A stretch of 64,000 nucleotides of DNA from Deltaproteobacteria bacterium (GTDB taxonomy: Bacteria > Desulfobacterota > Binatia > Binatales > Binataceae). This document shows, in pieces, positions 55,516 to 64,000 of the stretch; the stretch's first letter is position 1, and the number at the start of each line of letters is the position of its first letter. The translations under genes and the position numbers were made by a program. The notes below the pieces were generated by a model, which worked only from the letters and a program-made list of their open reading frames with translations, did no database searches and was not told the origin of the DNA. Location of the stretch: contig DAHVFB010000004.1 of assembly GCA_027317185.1 (NCBI GenBank), positions 10,401-74,400 of the forward strand, written 5' to 3'.

Positions 55516-56055
55516 TCAGCCAAGCCGTTTCAACCGCGCTTGCCGGATAGTCTCGGCGATCTTCGCCGGATCGGAGATGCTGTTAAGACGGATGGCGAAA
55601 TCGGAACTGGCCGCCGAGGCCACGATTACGTCGCCCAGGCCGAGCATCTTCTGCCACACCCGGCGATCGATCTCGGCCGAGCGGATATCGGCCAGTTCCA
55701 TCTGCCGCTCGCGGGTGGCTATCAATCCGCGGCGTTCAATCAAGCGTTCGGAGGTGAGGCTCCAACTGTTTCGGCGGCGGGTAACCGCGACCATCACCAG
55801 CATCAGGAATCCGCCGACCCATACGAACGGCACTGCGCGCCACCAATCCTGATGGAAAAAAAGCAGGAAAACTCCCACCCCAATCAGGATCAGCGCGAAG
55901 ATAATGTGCCGGGTGAATTCCCACCATGATGAAAACACGGTGAAGAGGGCGAATTCACGTTGCGCCGACGGACGCGGCGAGTTGATGCGCGTGCCGCATC
56001 GCGAGCAAAAAGCCGATCCCTGCGGCATCTCGTTGCCACATTGCGCACATCTCAT
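55516..56055 (-). CDS. membrane protein with N-terminal zinc-ribbon and bacterial PH (YdbS/YdbT-like, bPH_2) domain
   Basis: CAQCG...CSRCG ribbon, two TM helices, C-terminal bPH_2 fold. Confidence 0.7.
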   Translation of the reverse strand: MRCAQCGNEMPQGSAFCSRCGTRINSPRPSAQREFALFTVFSSWWEFTRHIIFALILIGVGVFLLFFHQDWWRAVPFVWVGGFLMLVMVAVTRRRNSWSLTSERLIERRGLIATRERQMELADIRSAEIDRRVWQKMLGLGDVIVASAASSDFAIRLNSISDPAKIAETIRQARLKRLG

Positions 56056-56071
56056 CCGCTGCGGTCCTCCT

Positions 56072-56899
56072 TCATCGCTGGCATGCGGAGCAAAAAAAGC
56101 TGGAACGCTGACCGACGATCACCTGGCGCAGCGGCCGCGTGCAGCGCGGACACGGCTGCCCCTCGCGATCGTAAACCTGGGGCCGGAAAGCTCCCTGGCG
56201 TCCGCGCCCATCCATATAATCGTTGAAAGTGGTGCCGCCGTTGCCGATCGCCTCGCGCAACACCGCAGGCGTGAACTGTACGATCTTTTCTATTTCCGCG
56301 CGCCGCAAAAGTCCGGCTCGCCGCGTTGGGCGCACGCCGGCCCGGAACAGAATTTCGGAAGCATAGATATTTCCGATACCCGCCACCACCTGTTGATCCA
56401 TCAGCAGATTTTTAATTGCCGCCTTTCGCCCACGGGCCTTTCGCCGCAGATAATCGGCGTTGAAATCCTCGCTCATGGGTTCCGGACCGAGCCGCTTGAG
56501 TTCGATGGTGACGGCCAGCAACCTCGGCTCGACCACTTTCATCAGGCCGAAGCGGCGCGGGTCGTTGTAGATCATCCGGCTGCCGTCATCGAGTTCGAAC
56601 TCCACATGATCATGCGCCGGATTCAGCGATTCATGGATGAAACCGTTTTCGCGATGGGTCAGGCTACCGCTCATGCCGAGATGGATCATCAGTACGCCGT
56701 CCGCACCCAGCATCATCAGCAGGTACTTGGCGCGGCGACCGAGCCGCTCGATCCGACGCCCCGCAACCTGGGCGGCGAAGCCGGGCGCCAGCCGGCGGCG
56801 CAAGCGGGGCTCGGTCACCTTGACGCGAACGATCGTACGCCCCATCACCAGCGGGGCGAGCGAGTTTTTGAGCGATTCGACCTCGGGCAATTCAGGCAT
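56072..56899 (-). CDS. mutM: formamidopyrimidine-DNA glycosylase
   Basis: MPELPEVE N-terminus with catalytic Pro2 and Glu3, H2TH, C-terminal CxxC...CxxC zinc finger. Confidence 0.93.
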   Translation of the reverse strand: MPELPEVESLKNSLAPLVMGRTIVRVKVTEPRLRRRLAPGFAAQVAGRRIERLGRRAKYLLMMLGADGVLMIHLGMSGSLTHRENGFIHESLNPAHDHVEFELDDGSRMIYNDPRRFGLMKVVEPRLLAVTIELKRLGPEPMSEDFNADYLRRKARGRKAAIKNLLMDQQVVAGIGNIYASEILFRAGVRPTRRAGLLRRAEIEKIVQFTPAVLREAIGNGGTTFNDYMDGRGRQGAFRPQVYDREGQPCPRCTRPLRQVIVGQRSSFFCSACQR

Positions 56900-56900
56900 T

Positions 56901-57845
56901 TTAGCGTATCGCAGCGTAAGCCGCCGGACAGCGTGCGACAAGAGCTGTCGTCAGACGGATAAAATCGTCGGTCTCGACGGTGGCGGGCCTCGCCGACGAG
57001 TCGATGCCCACCTCGGTGAGCGCGGCGATCACCTCGGCGCTGCGGACTCCGAGCCGATCGGTTAACCCATTGCGGATTGCTTTGCGCGGCGCGGAGAAGG
57101 CGGCGCGGACCGTGGCAAGAATCGCGCTTTCCTGCGCGCCGCTGAAAGTTCTATCACGCGGACTCATGACGAGGACTTCGGCGTCCACCTTTGGGCGCGG
57201 ATGGAAGCTGCCGGCGAGCACGCGGAAATGATCATCTATATGCCAGTAAAGGGCGGTGAAGACACTCAGCGCCGATCGCCCGGACTGCTCCGTGCCGGCG
57301 CGGATCCTTTCGGCCACTTCGCGCTGAAACATCAGGACCATGCGCGAAATGATCGGTTGAAAGGCGCACAGCCGATGCAGGATCGCGGCGGCCGCGTTAA
57401 AGGGCAGATTGCCGATTATTTTGATCGGCGGATGCTCGGCCAGTTGCGCGAGATCAACGTCGAGCACGTCGGCGCATACGATTCGTGCGCTACCGAAACG
57501 GCTTTCGAGCGAGGTGGCGAGACCGCGATCATACTCGACCATGGTGAACTTACGCGCGGCGCTGAGCGCGATTCGCTCGCTCAAAATTCCCAGGCCCGGA
57601 CCGATCTCGATCACTTCGTCGGCCGCTTCGAGGCCGGCGCAGGCCACGATGCGATCGGCAATTTTCGGTTGCACCAGAAAATTCTGCCCGCGCGACTTTG
57701 AAGGACGCACATTGGCGGCGGCCAGCAGAATCGACGGGCGGCCCGGTTTCGGAATGAAATCCGATTGGCGCCTGAAACGATTCGCGCGGCCCGGCTTGCT
57801 CACAGGGCGAGACTGGCCTCGGCATCCTGATCGAGACTGTCGCAT
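56901..57845 (-). CDS. rsmA: 16S rRNA (adenine1518/1519-N6)-dimethyltransferase; start probably nearer 57720
   Basis: GQNFLVQPKIADRIV and EIGPGLG KsgA motifs. Confidence 0.88.
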   Translation of the reverse strand: MRQSRSGCRGQSRPVSKPGRANRFRRQSDFIPKPGRPSILLAAANVRPSKSRGQNFLVQPKIADRIVACAGLEAADEVIEIGPGLGILSERIALSAARKFTMVEYDRGLATSLESRFGSARIVCADVLDVDLAQLAEHPPIKIIGNLPFNAAAAILHRLCAFQPIISRMVLMFQREVAERIRAGTEQSGRSALSVFTALYWHIDDHFRVLAGSFHPRPKVDAEVLVMSPRDRTFSGAQESAILATVRAAFSAPRKAIRNGLTDRLGVRSAEVIAALTEVGIDSSARPATVETDDFIRLTTALVARCPAAYAAIR

Positions 57846-58801
57846 TCGCCGCGCAGCAGACGGTAGCTGCCGGCCATCGCAATCATGGCGGCATTATCGG
57901 TGCAGAATTTGAACGAGGGCGCCACCATCCGCCAGCCCTCGGCCGCGGCCGCTTCCGACAGCCTGGTCCGCAGGCGCGAGTTGGCGGCGACGCCGCCGGT
58001 AAGCGCGATCGTGCCGTTGTCGAGCGTTCGCGCTGCCGCCATCGTCGGCCGAATCAGCATCTCGACCACGGTTTCCTGAAAGCTGGCCGCCAAATCCTCG
58101 GGGGTAACGGAAGGCGTGCCGTTCGCGATCAGGAGCGCGACCGCGGTTTTGATGCCGCTGAAGCTGAAGTCCAGCGGTGCGCCACGAACGTGAGCCTGCG
58201 GGAGCTTTACGCAGTTTCGGTTTCCGCGCCGCGCCAGTTCGTCGATAATCCTGCCGCCCGGATAGCCAAGCCCCATCAATTTCGCCACCTTGTCGAAGGC
58301 CTCGCCGGCGGCGTCGTCGCGGGTGCGTCCCAGCTCGCGATATTGCCCAAAATCCTCGACCACGAACAACGAGGTATGACCGCCGGACACCACCAGGGCG
58401 AGATAAGGCATCGCAATTCGATACTCCAGCAGCGGCGCCAGTAGATGGCCCTCGATATGATTAACCCCGATTAGCGGGATGGCGAGCGCCTGCGCCAGGC
58501 CCTTCGCACACATCAGACCCACCAGCAGCGATCCGACCAGGCCCGGTCCGCGGGTAACGGCGATGGCGTCGATATCACGCAAAGCGCAGCCGGCCGCGGC
58601 GAGCGTATCTTCGATTACGGGCAGAATCGTCACTAGATGATTGCGCGAGGCCAGTTCGGGCACGATGCCGCCGTAGCGGCGATGGATTTCGTCCTGGTTG
58701 GCGACCACGCTCGAGCGCACCTGGGCTACGCCCGCATGCGAGGTTTCGATCACGGCGCAGGCCGCATCGTCGCAGGATGATTCGATTCCCAGTATCAGCA
58801 T
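57800..58801 (-). CDS. tsaD: tRNA N6-adenosine threonylcarbamoyltransferase
   Basis: MLILGIESSCDD start, Kae1/TsaD metal-binding His pair. Confidence 0.93.
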   Translation of the reverse strand: MLILGIESSCDDAACAVIETSHAGVAQVRSSVVANQDEIHRRYGGIVPELASRNHLVTILPVIEDTLAAAGCALRDIDAIAVTRGPGLVGSLLVGLMCAKGLAQALAIPLIGVNHIEGHLLAPLLEYRIAMPYLALVVSGGHTSLFVVEDFGQYRELGRTRDDAAGEAFDKVAKLMGLGYPGGRIIDELARRGNRNCVKLPQAHVRGAPLDFSFSGIKTAVALLIANGTPSVTPEDLAASFQETVVEMLIRPTMAAARTLDNGTIALTGGVAANSRLRTRLSEAAAAEGWRMVAPSFKFCTDNAAMIAMAGSYRLLRGECDSLDQDAEASLAL

Positions 58802-58901
58802 CGGTTCGCCAATTTAGCAAAATTAGTTTAGCAGAATGCGAAGCGCTATGTCCCCAGCTCGCGTGGCCAGCCCGCGGCTGCAGATCCAATGCGAAAGAAT
58901 G

Positions 58902-59808
58902 TTATTGCGGCGATGACCGGTGGTTAGTGCTGGAAGATGAAGGCGCGGCCTCGTCCGGCGGCGGAGTATCGAGCGGCTCACCATCGGGAACAATGCGGAT
59001 GTCGTTTTCTTCGGGCGGCGACTGATCGCTGTTGTCCGCCGAGGGTTGCTCCTCGACCGGTGTGGGCTGCGGCAATGCCGCTGCGAGCCGGCCATAGCCG
59101 GCCCGCGCCATCAGATTGCCCGGCGCGGATTGCAAAGCCCGCTGATAAGCCAGCGCGGCGTCCTGCTCGCGGCCCAGTTCCTCGTAGCAGGCGCCCTCGA
59201 AGCCAATGGTTTCTCCGAGCCATGCGGGATCGGAGTTGAGACCCATCTCGGCGCGCGAAAAGAAAGTCAGCGCCTGATTATAGTCCTTTTTCATCAGATA
59301 GGCCCGGCCCAGATAGAAATATGCGTAGGCATTACCGGAATCGATCGAAACCGCGCGGCCCAGCGTCCGGATCGCTTCATCGAAGTGATTGTCCGCGATT
59401 TCATTGCGCGCCTCTTCGGTGGTTCTCAGTGAAGCCGATAATGACGGATCGCCGGTTTTTTCGATCAGCGGTTCGAGCGACGCGCCACTGACCGGTGCAG
59501 CGATCGGGCTGGTCGAAAAATCCGACGGCGGCGGAACGTCGGCGGGCACGGCCGGCGGCTGGTAGGTGGCGGAAGAACTGTCCGCCGTGGGCGCGGGAGT
59601 TTGCGATGGCGTCGCGGCCGTGGGAGTTGGCGTGGCTGGCGAGGTTGCGCCGGGCGAACCGCTGCTCGACGGCGACGGGGCCGCGCTGGCAGTCGCGGCG
59701 GGCAGGCTTTCCTCTTCCAGTGCAATCGCTAGCGGCGGGGCATAATCGTGCGCCGCCGCGGTGCGCGGCGCGCCGAAAATCGTCCAGCAGCCGATCGCAA
59801 TCGCCATC
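58902..59808 (-). CDS. secreted TPR-repeat protein with Pro/Ser/Thr/Ala-rich linker
   Basis: signal peptide from MAIAIGCW; TPR repeats (AYAYFYLGRAYLMKKDYNQALTFF); low-complexity N-terminal half. Confidence 0.6.
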
Positions 59809-59830
59809 CACAGTGACGCAGTTACTGAAT

Positions 59831-62191
59831 TCAATCGGTGGGCTCGCTGGGAACTGTGGGGGTTGGAGGCGCGGAACGATCTGAAACCGGGCTCGATTTG
59901 CCGGTATGAAATGGACAAGCCTCGGCGGGCGCCAGCGCAGTTGGAAAAGCGCCTTCTATCACCACCGGACAGTATGGACCGGCCTTGTAGCCGGTCAACG
60001 GATCAACTTTCTCGACCGTGATGCCAGGTGGCACGGCAAAATCGAGCGCCGGGTGCGAGGCGGCGGCGGCCTTCATAAAAATGGTCCAGGCCGGCAACGA
60101 GGCTTCCGCGCCGGTAAGATTCAGCATTTCCTTCTGATCGAAACCAGTCCATACCACGGTCAGCAAGTTAGGGGTGAAACCGGCGAACCAGGCATCCTTC
60201 GAATCGTTGGTGGTGCCGGTCTTGCCCGCTGCCGGCGCTTTGAAACCGCGCCGCCGCACTCCGATTCCAGTGCCGTGGTTAACCACGTTTTCCAGCATGA
60301 AATCGAGCATGTACGCCAGTTGCGGCGATAGCGTCTGCACGGCCTTGAGTTCGTGTCCCTGGATTACGTGGCCGTTCTGATCGACGACGGCGGTCACCGC
60401 ATAAGGCTCCACGGCGAGGCCTTCGTTCGCGAAGATCGCATAGGCGCTCGCGATCTGCATCGGGGTGACCTCTATACCACCCAGCACGATCGAGGGATAG
60501 GCCGGCAGGTCGCCGAAGCCGAGTTTTGCCGCCATCGCCAGTATGCGATCGAGTCCGACCGCATTGGCCAGCCGCGAGGTGGCCGAATTGAGCGACTCCT
60601 GCAAGGCGAATTCGAGCGTCACACGTCCGAAATAGCGGTCTTTGTAATTTCTCGGCGTCCAACTCATATCGCCGTATTCCCAGGTAAACGGCGAGTCCTC
60701 GATATAGCTGGTGGGCAGGTATTGGCCAGGGCCGCCATTGAGGGTTTCTTCCATCGCTGCCAGATAAGTGACTGGCTTGAAGACCGAACCGGGCTGCCGT
60801 TTGGATTGGGTTACGCGATTGAACTGGCTTTGACGATAGTTCCGTCCACCCATCATGGCGCGAATTTTACCGGTCGCCGGTTCCAGCGCGACCAGCGCGG
60901 ACTCGAGCCGATTCTGCTCTTCCTTGCGCCGCAGCCGCGGGTACTTGGCTTCGAGTTCATCGAGGTTTTCGTCGACCGCCTTCTCCGCCAGTTTTTGCGC
61001 GTGCACATCCAGCGTGGTGAAAACCCGCAAGCCCTCACCGGTCAGCACGTTGGGCGGATAGCGATCGGCCAGCTCGTGTTTGACGTAATCGGTAAAGTAG
61101 GGCGCATCGTTGTTTTCGGTGAAGGTCTCGCGCGGCCTGAGCGGCTCGGTGACGGCGTTGTCGTACGCGGCCTTGTTGATGTACCCGTCCTGGAGCATCA
61201 GGCCCAGCACTTCGTTGCGGCGGACGCGGGCCCAATCCGGATGGCGCAGAGGATTGAGGCGGTTCGGCGAGCTGATCATGCCCGCGATGGTGGCCATCTC
61301 ACCGATAGTCAAATCGCCTGGCTCGCGCGAAAAATAGAACTCGGAGGCCTCCCAGATGCCGTAAATACCTTCCTGCCCGCGCTGTCCGAGATAGATATCG
61401 TTTAAATAATTTTCGAGGATCTCGTCCTTGGAATAGAGGCGCTCCGCGATGTAGGCCATCAGCGCCTCCTTGAGCTTGCGATGGTACGTGCGCTCACTGT
61501 CCAGAAAAAAGTTCTTCATCAACTGCTGCGTCAGCGTCGATCCGCCCTGCCGCACATGGCCGGCGGTGAAATCGACGTAAGCGGCCTTGATGGTCCGCGC
61601 CAGATCGATGCCGTGATGTTCATAGAAGCGATGATCTTCCGCCGCCAATACCGCATCGATCTGCGCCGGCGGAATTTGCGACAGCCGCACGATACGGCGC
61701 TGATGCCAGTTACCCTGGAAAATGCCGCTCAACAATTCCGGTTCGAGCTGGAAGGAGTAGATTTGCCTGCCGCTGGATAAATCATCCATCTGCTCGACGA
61801 CATTGCCGGTCGATACCTTCATCGCCACCGGCTCGCCCGGAAACTGGTTGTAGGGATAGGAAAAACGATGGAGAAAAATCGTCAGGCGCCGGTGCTTGCG
61901 ATCCCAGGTGTACTCGCCGCGGCTAAGGGTTTTACCGGTCGGCGCAAGATGATAGTTAAGCCGCTCAAGCCGCTGGAAAAACCCGACTGCTTCCAGATCG
62001 AGGCCGGGATAGATCAGTTCCGAATCGGAGTAGATGCGCGACGGAATACTCCAATGCTGTCCTGCGAAACGCTGCATCACTTCACTGCGCAACGCGTCGT
62101 AGTACGAAAAAAAGTAGTAAAGCGCCGGCGGTATCGCAAACAGGAAGACCGCACACACGCCGAATAGCGCGAATTTTAAAAGACGTCTCAC
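59831..62191 (-). CDS. mrcA: penicillin-binding protein 1A (bifunctional glycosyltransferase/transpeptidase)
   Basis: GT51 motifs (EDHRFYEHHG, GGSTLTQQ) and transpeptidase SxxK, SxN, KTG motifs. Confidence 0.93.
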   Translation of the reverse strand: MRRLLKFALFGVCAVFLFAIPPALYYFFSYYDALRSEVMQRFAGQHWSIPSRIYSDSELIYPGLDLEAVGFFQRLERLNYHLAPTGKTLSRGEYTWDRKHRRLTIFLHRFSYPYNQFPGEPVAMKVSTGNVVEQMDDLSSGRQIYSFQLEPELLSGIFQGNWHQRRIVRLSQIPPAQIDAVLAAEDHRFYEHHGIDLARTIKAAYVDFTAGHVRQGGSTLTQQLMKNFFLDSERTYHRKLKEALMAYIAERLYSKDEILENYLNDIYLGQRGQEGIYGIWEASEFYFSREPGDLTIGEMATIAGMISSPNRLNPLRHPDWARVRRNEVLGLMLQDGYINKAAYDNAVTEPLRPRETFTENNDAPYFTDYVKHELADRYPPNVLTGEGLRVFTTLDVHAQKLAEKAVDENLDELEAKYPRLRRKEEQNRLESALVALEPATGKIRAMMGGRNYRQSQFNRVTQSKRQPGSVFKPVTYLAAMEETLNGGPGQYLPTSYIEDSPFTWEYGDMSWTPRNYKDRYFGRVTLEFALQESLNSATSRLANAVGLDRILAMAAKLGFGDLPAYPSIVLGGIEVTPMQIASAYAIFANEGLAVEPYAVTAVVDQNGHVIQGHELKAVQTLSPQLAYMLDFMLENVVNHGTGIGVRRRGFKAPAAGKTGTTNDSKDAWFAGFTPNLLTVVWTGFDQKEMLNLTGAEASLPAWTIFMKAAAASHPALDFAVPPGITVEKVDPLTGYKAGPYCPVVIEGAFPTALAPAEACPFHTGKSSPVSDRSAPPTPTVPSEPTD

Positions 62192-62226
62192 TTGTAACTG
62201 AATCGGCTCGCGGCTTTGCTTCGTAG

Positions 62227-63672
62227 TTATCCGCGCGGTCCGACCGGCACGAACACGGCGATTTTTCCACGCCTGACCAGCAACAGCACCGGCTTGCCCA
62301 TCCCCCCTTCCTTAAGCGCCCGCTGGTAGTCCGCGAGATTGGTGACCGGCTGGCGATTTACCTCCACTACCACGTCGTTCGCATGAAGCCCCGCTTGAGC
62401 GCCCGCGCTTCCCGGCGTGACCGCATCGATCCGCACGCCGGGTTTGTCGAGGCCCAACTGGCGAGCCAGCTTCAAATCGAAATTTTGCACCGACAGGCCG
62501 AGCGGCGGCGCTGCGAGATCGGTCGCCAGCGAACCATTCGAAGCCAGTTGCGGCTCGTGCGATCCGCGTATCCTGACCCGCACCTCGCGTTGCGCCTGGT
62601 TTCGGATCACCGTCAAAGTGGCGTCATTTCCCAGTGACGTCGCGCCCACCATCAGCGGCAACTCCTGCGAATCGCCGATCGGCCGGCCATCGTAGGCAAC
62701 CACCAGGTCGCCCTTTTTCAGGCCGGCCTCCATCGCGGGGCTACCCTCGATCACTTCGTCCACCAGCGCGCCGTGGGGAATGTCGAGGCGATATTTGGCG
62801 GCAATCTCAGGCGTAACGGTCTCGATATAGACGCCGAGCCATCCGCGCACCACCTCATGCCCGGTTTCCAGGGCGGGCAACTCGCGCTTAACCATATCGA
62901 TCGGGATCGCGAAACTAATTCCGGTATTCGAGCCGGTGCGGGTATAAATCGCAGAATTGACGCCGACCACCTCGCCGCGGGTATCAATCAGCGGACCGCC
63001 CGAGTTGCCGGGATTGATCGGCGCGTCGGTCTGCAGAAACTCGTCATAATTGCCTGGGATAAACCGGCCCTTGGCGCTGACCACGCCCACTGTGACGGTA
63101 TGGTCGAAGCCGAAGGGGTTCCCGATTGCCATCACCCATGAACCGACCCTCACCCGCTGCGAATCGCCCAGCGGAGCGACCGCCATCGGATGGCGGGGCG
63201 AGATTTTAATTAGGGCGACGTCGGTTTTCGGATCGCGTCCGATTAGCTGACCGCGGTATCGATGCCCATCGTTGGTGGTGACGTTGATTTTCGAGGCATT
63301 CGCCACCACGTGATCGTTGGTCAGGATATAGCCTGCTTTGTTGATCAGAAATCCCGATCCCACCCCGCGCGGATGAGTCTCCTCGGGCGCACTTCCGAAT
63401 CGATCCGAGGGATTAACTTCGAGCCCTGGTACGGAACCGCCGCCGGCGCGGACCGGCTTTTGTTCAACCGCGATGTTGACCACGGACGGACTCAGGCGCG
63501 CGGCGAGATCGGCAAAGTCGGGCGCCTGAACCCCGGTTGGCCGGGCACTGGCCGGAAGCTCGGTCCACAAACGGTCCGCCGCTTCTAAAACGGCTTCAGC
63601 CGCCACCACGATCGCGAACGACAGGGCTAAAATCAGAAGAATGGCCGGTCTGGACTGACGAAACGGCATCAC
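62227..63672 (-). CDS. degP: periplasmic serine endoprotease DegP/HtrA with two PDZ domains
   Basis: catalytic triad context (TNDHVV, DVALIK, GNSGGPL) plus two PDZ domains. Confidence 0.92.
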   Translation of the reverse strand: MMPFRQSRPAILLILALSFAIVVAAEAVLEAADRLWTELPASARPTGVQAPDFADLAARLSPSVVNIAVEQKPVRAGGGSVPGLEVNPSDRFGSAPEETHPRGVGSGFLINKAGYILTNDHVVANASKINVTTNDGHRYRGQLIGRDPKTDVALIKISPRHPMAVAPLGDSQRVRVGSWVMAIGNPFGFDHTVTVGVVSAKGRFIPGNYDEFLQTDAPINPGNSGGPLIDTRGEVVGVNSAIYTRTGSNTGISFAIPIDMVKRELPALETGHEVVRGWLGVYIETVTPEIAAKYRLDIPHGALVDEVIEGSPAMEAGLKKGDLVVAYDGRPIGDSQELPLMVGATSLGNDATLTVIRNQAQREVRVRIRGSHEPQLASNGSLATDLAAPPLGLSVQNFDLKLARQLGLDKPGVRIDAVTPGSAGAQAGLHANDVVVEVNRQPVTNLADYQRALKEGGMGKPVLLLVRRGKIAVFVPVGPRG

Positions 63673-63690
63673 ACAGCAGATCCCCTTCCG

Positions 63691-64000
63691 TCAAACGGAA
63701 GGGGTATCTGCAAGTTCAACGTACTTCATCCGCAGGTCGAAGAGAATCGCCTGAAGCATCGAGGCTTCGTCGGAATCGAGATTGCCCCGCGTCTTTTCCT
63801 GCAAAATCCCGATCAGGTCGATCAACTGCTGAGCTTCGGGCAAATCGCGGCGAGTCTGACCGCTCATAGGATCGGGAATCTCACCCAAATGGACCAGCGC
63901 CTGCGTCGACAGCCCGATCACGAAACTGGCGAAGGTTATTTCAGGCAAGGACTCGGCTTTGGCGGACGCGGTAGCAGAAGAATATTGCTCGCCCGCCGAT
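63691..64000 (-). CDS. DUF1844-family small protein; 5' end at or beyond the window edge
   Basis: ASFVIGLSTQALVHLGEIPDP...LIDLIGILQEKTRGNL...LFDLRMKYVE matches the DUF1844 pattern; frame stays open to position 64000. Confidence 0.6.
   Translation of the reverse strand, partial: SAGEQYSSATASAKAESLPEITFASFVIGLSTQALVHLGEIPDPMSGQTRRDLPEAQQLIDLIGILQEKTRGNLDSDEASMLQAILFDLRMKYVELADTPSV

Noticed and set aside
1-64000. A search for CRISPR arrays, rRNA genes, integrase or transposase genes and prophage structural genes.
   Set aside because: No periodic repeat-spacer pattern, no rRNA-like conserved stretches and no recombinase or transposase homolog were seen in any frame. The only mobile-DNA signatures are the transposase-less TIR and MITE elements.

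Overview
This 64-kb window comes from a high-GC, diderm bacterium and is mostly conserved housekeeping genes at near-complete coding density. It contains one tRNA, no rRNA and no CRISPR array.

Reading left to right:
- leuD (partial) and leuC, on the minus strand.
- A glycolytic operon gap-pgk-tpiA-secG ending in tRNA-Leu(GAG), on the minus strand.
- A complete tol-pal envelope cluster, tolQ-tolR-tolA-tolB-pal-cpoB, then ribF.
- Two SAM-dependent methyltransferases, an orphan response regulator and a YihY/BrkB membrane protein.
- A short core-type MetE next to the heme genes hemE, hemH and hemY.
- dinB, a small membrane protein and an SPL-like radical-SAM protein.
- An orphan TadG-like pilus gene and a carboxymuconolactone-decarboxylase-family gene.
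- A methylamine or aromatic-amine dehydrogenase cluster: mauB-mauE-mauD convergent with a cytochrome c gene and mauA.
- A luciferase-like monooxygenase, Usp proteins, a BNR propeller, a formyltransferase paralog, an alkaline-phosphatase-superfamily phosphodiesterase and a large membrane protein.
- sppA, a PA2169-like protein, a CoA-transferase, Fur, a tandem-Usp protein, NUDIX, DUF4926 and gamma-glutamyltransferase.
- Two tandem glycine-zipper lipoproteins.
- A long minus-strand operon: ogt, tatD, metG, ricT, holB, tmk, pilD, a PH-domain protein, mutM, ksgA, tsaD, a TPR protein, PBP1A, degP and a partial DUF1844 gene.

The most interesting region is an AT-rich accessory islet of about 2.5 kb (about 18014-20510) wedged between hemE and hemH. 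It holds three things:
- A 1.06-kb cassette bounded by 28-bp terminal inverted repeats. It carries a secreted Cys-rich protein gene and a decayed duplicate of the hemE 3' end.
- Just outside the right inverted repeat, a gene fusing a catalytically dead RuvB-like AAA+ module to an intact Mrr-type PD-(D/E)xK nuclease domain. Its 5' part is broken by an in-frame stop and a frameshift.
- A related cargo-less MITE, about 92 bp, that recurs at about 48956.

A paralog of the secreted Cys-rich protein sits in a second AT-rich pocket at about 44.2 kb. No integrase or transposase gene is present.
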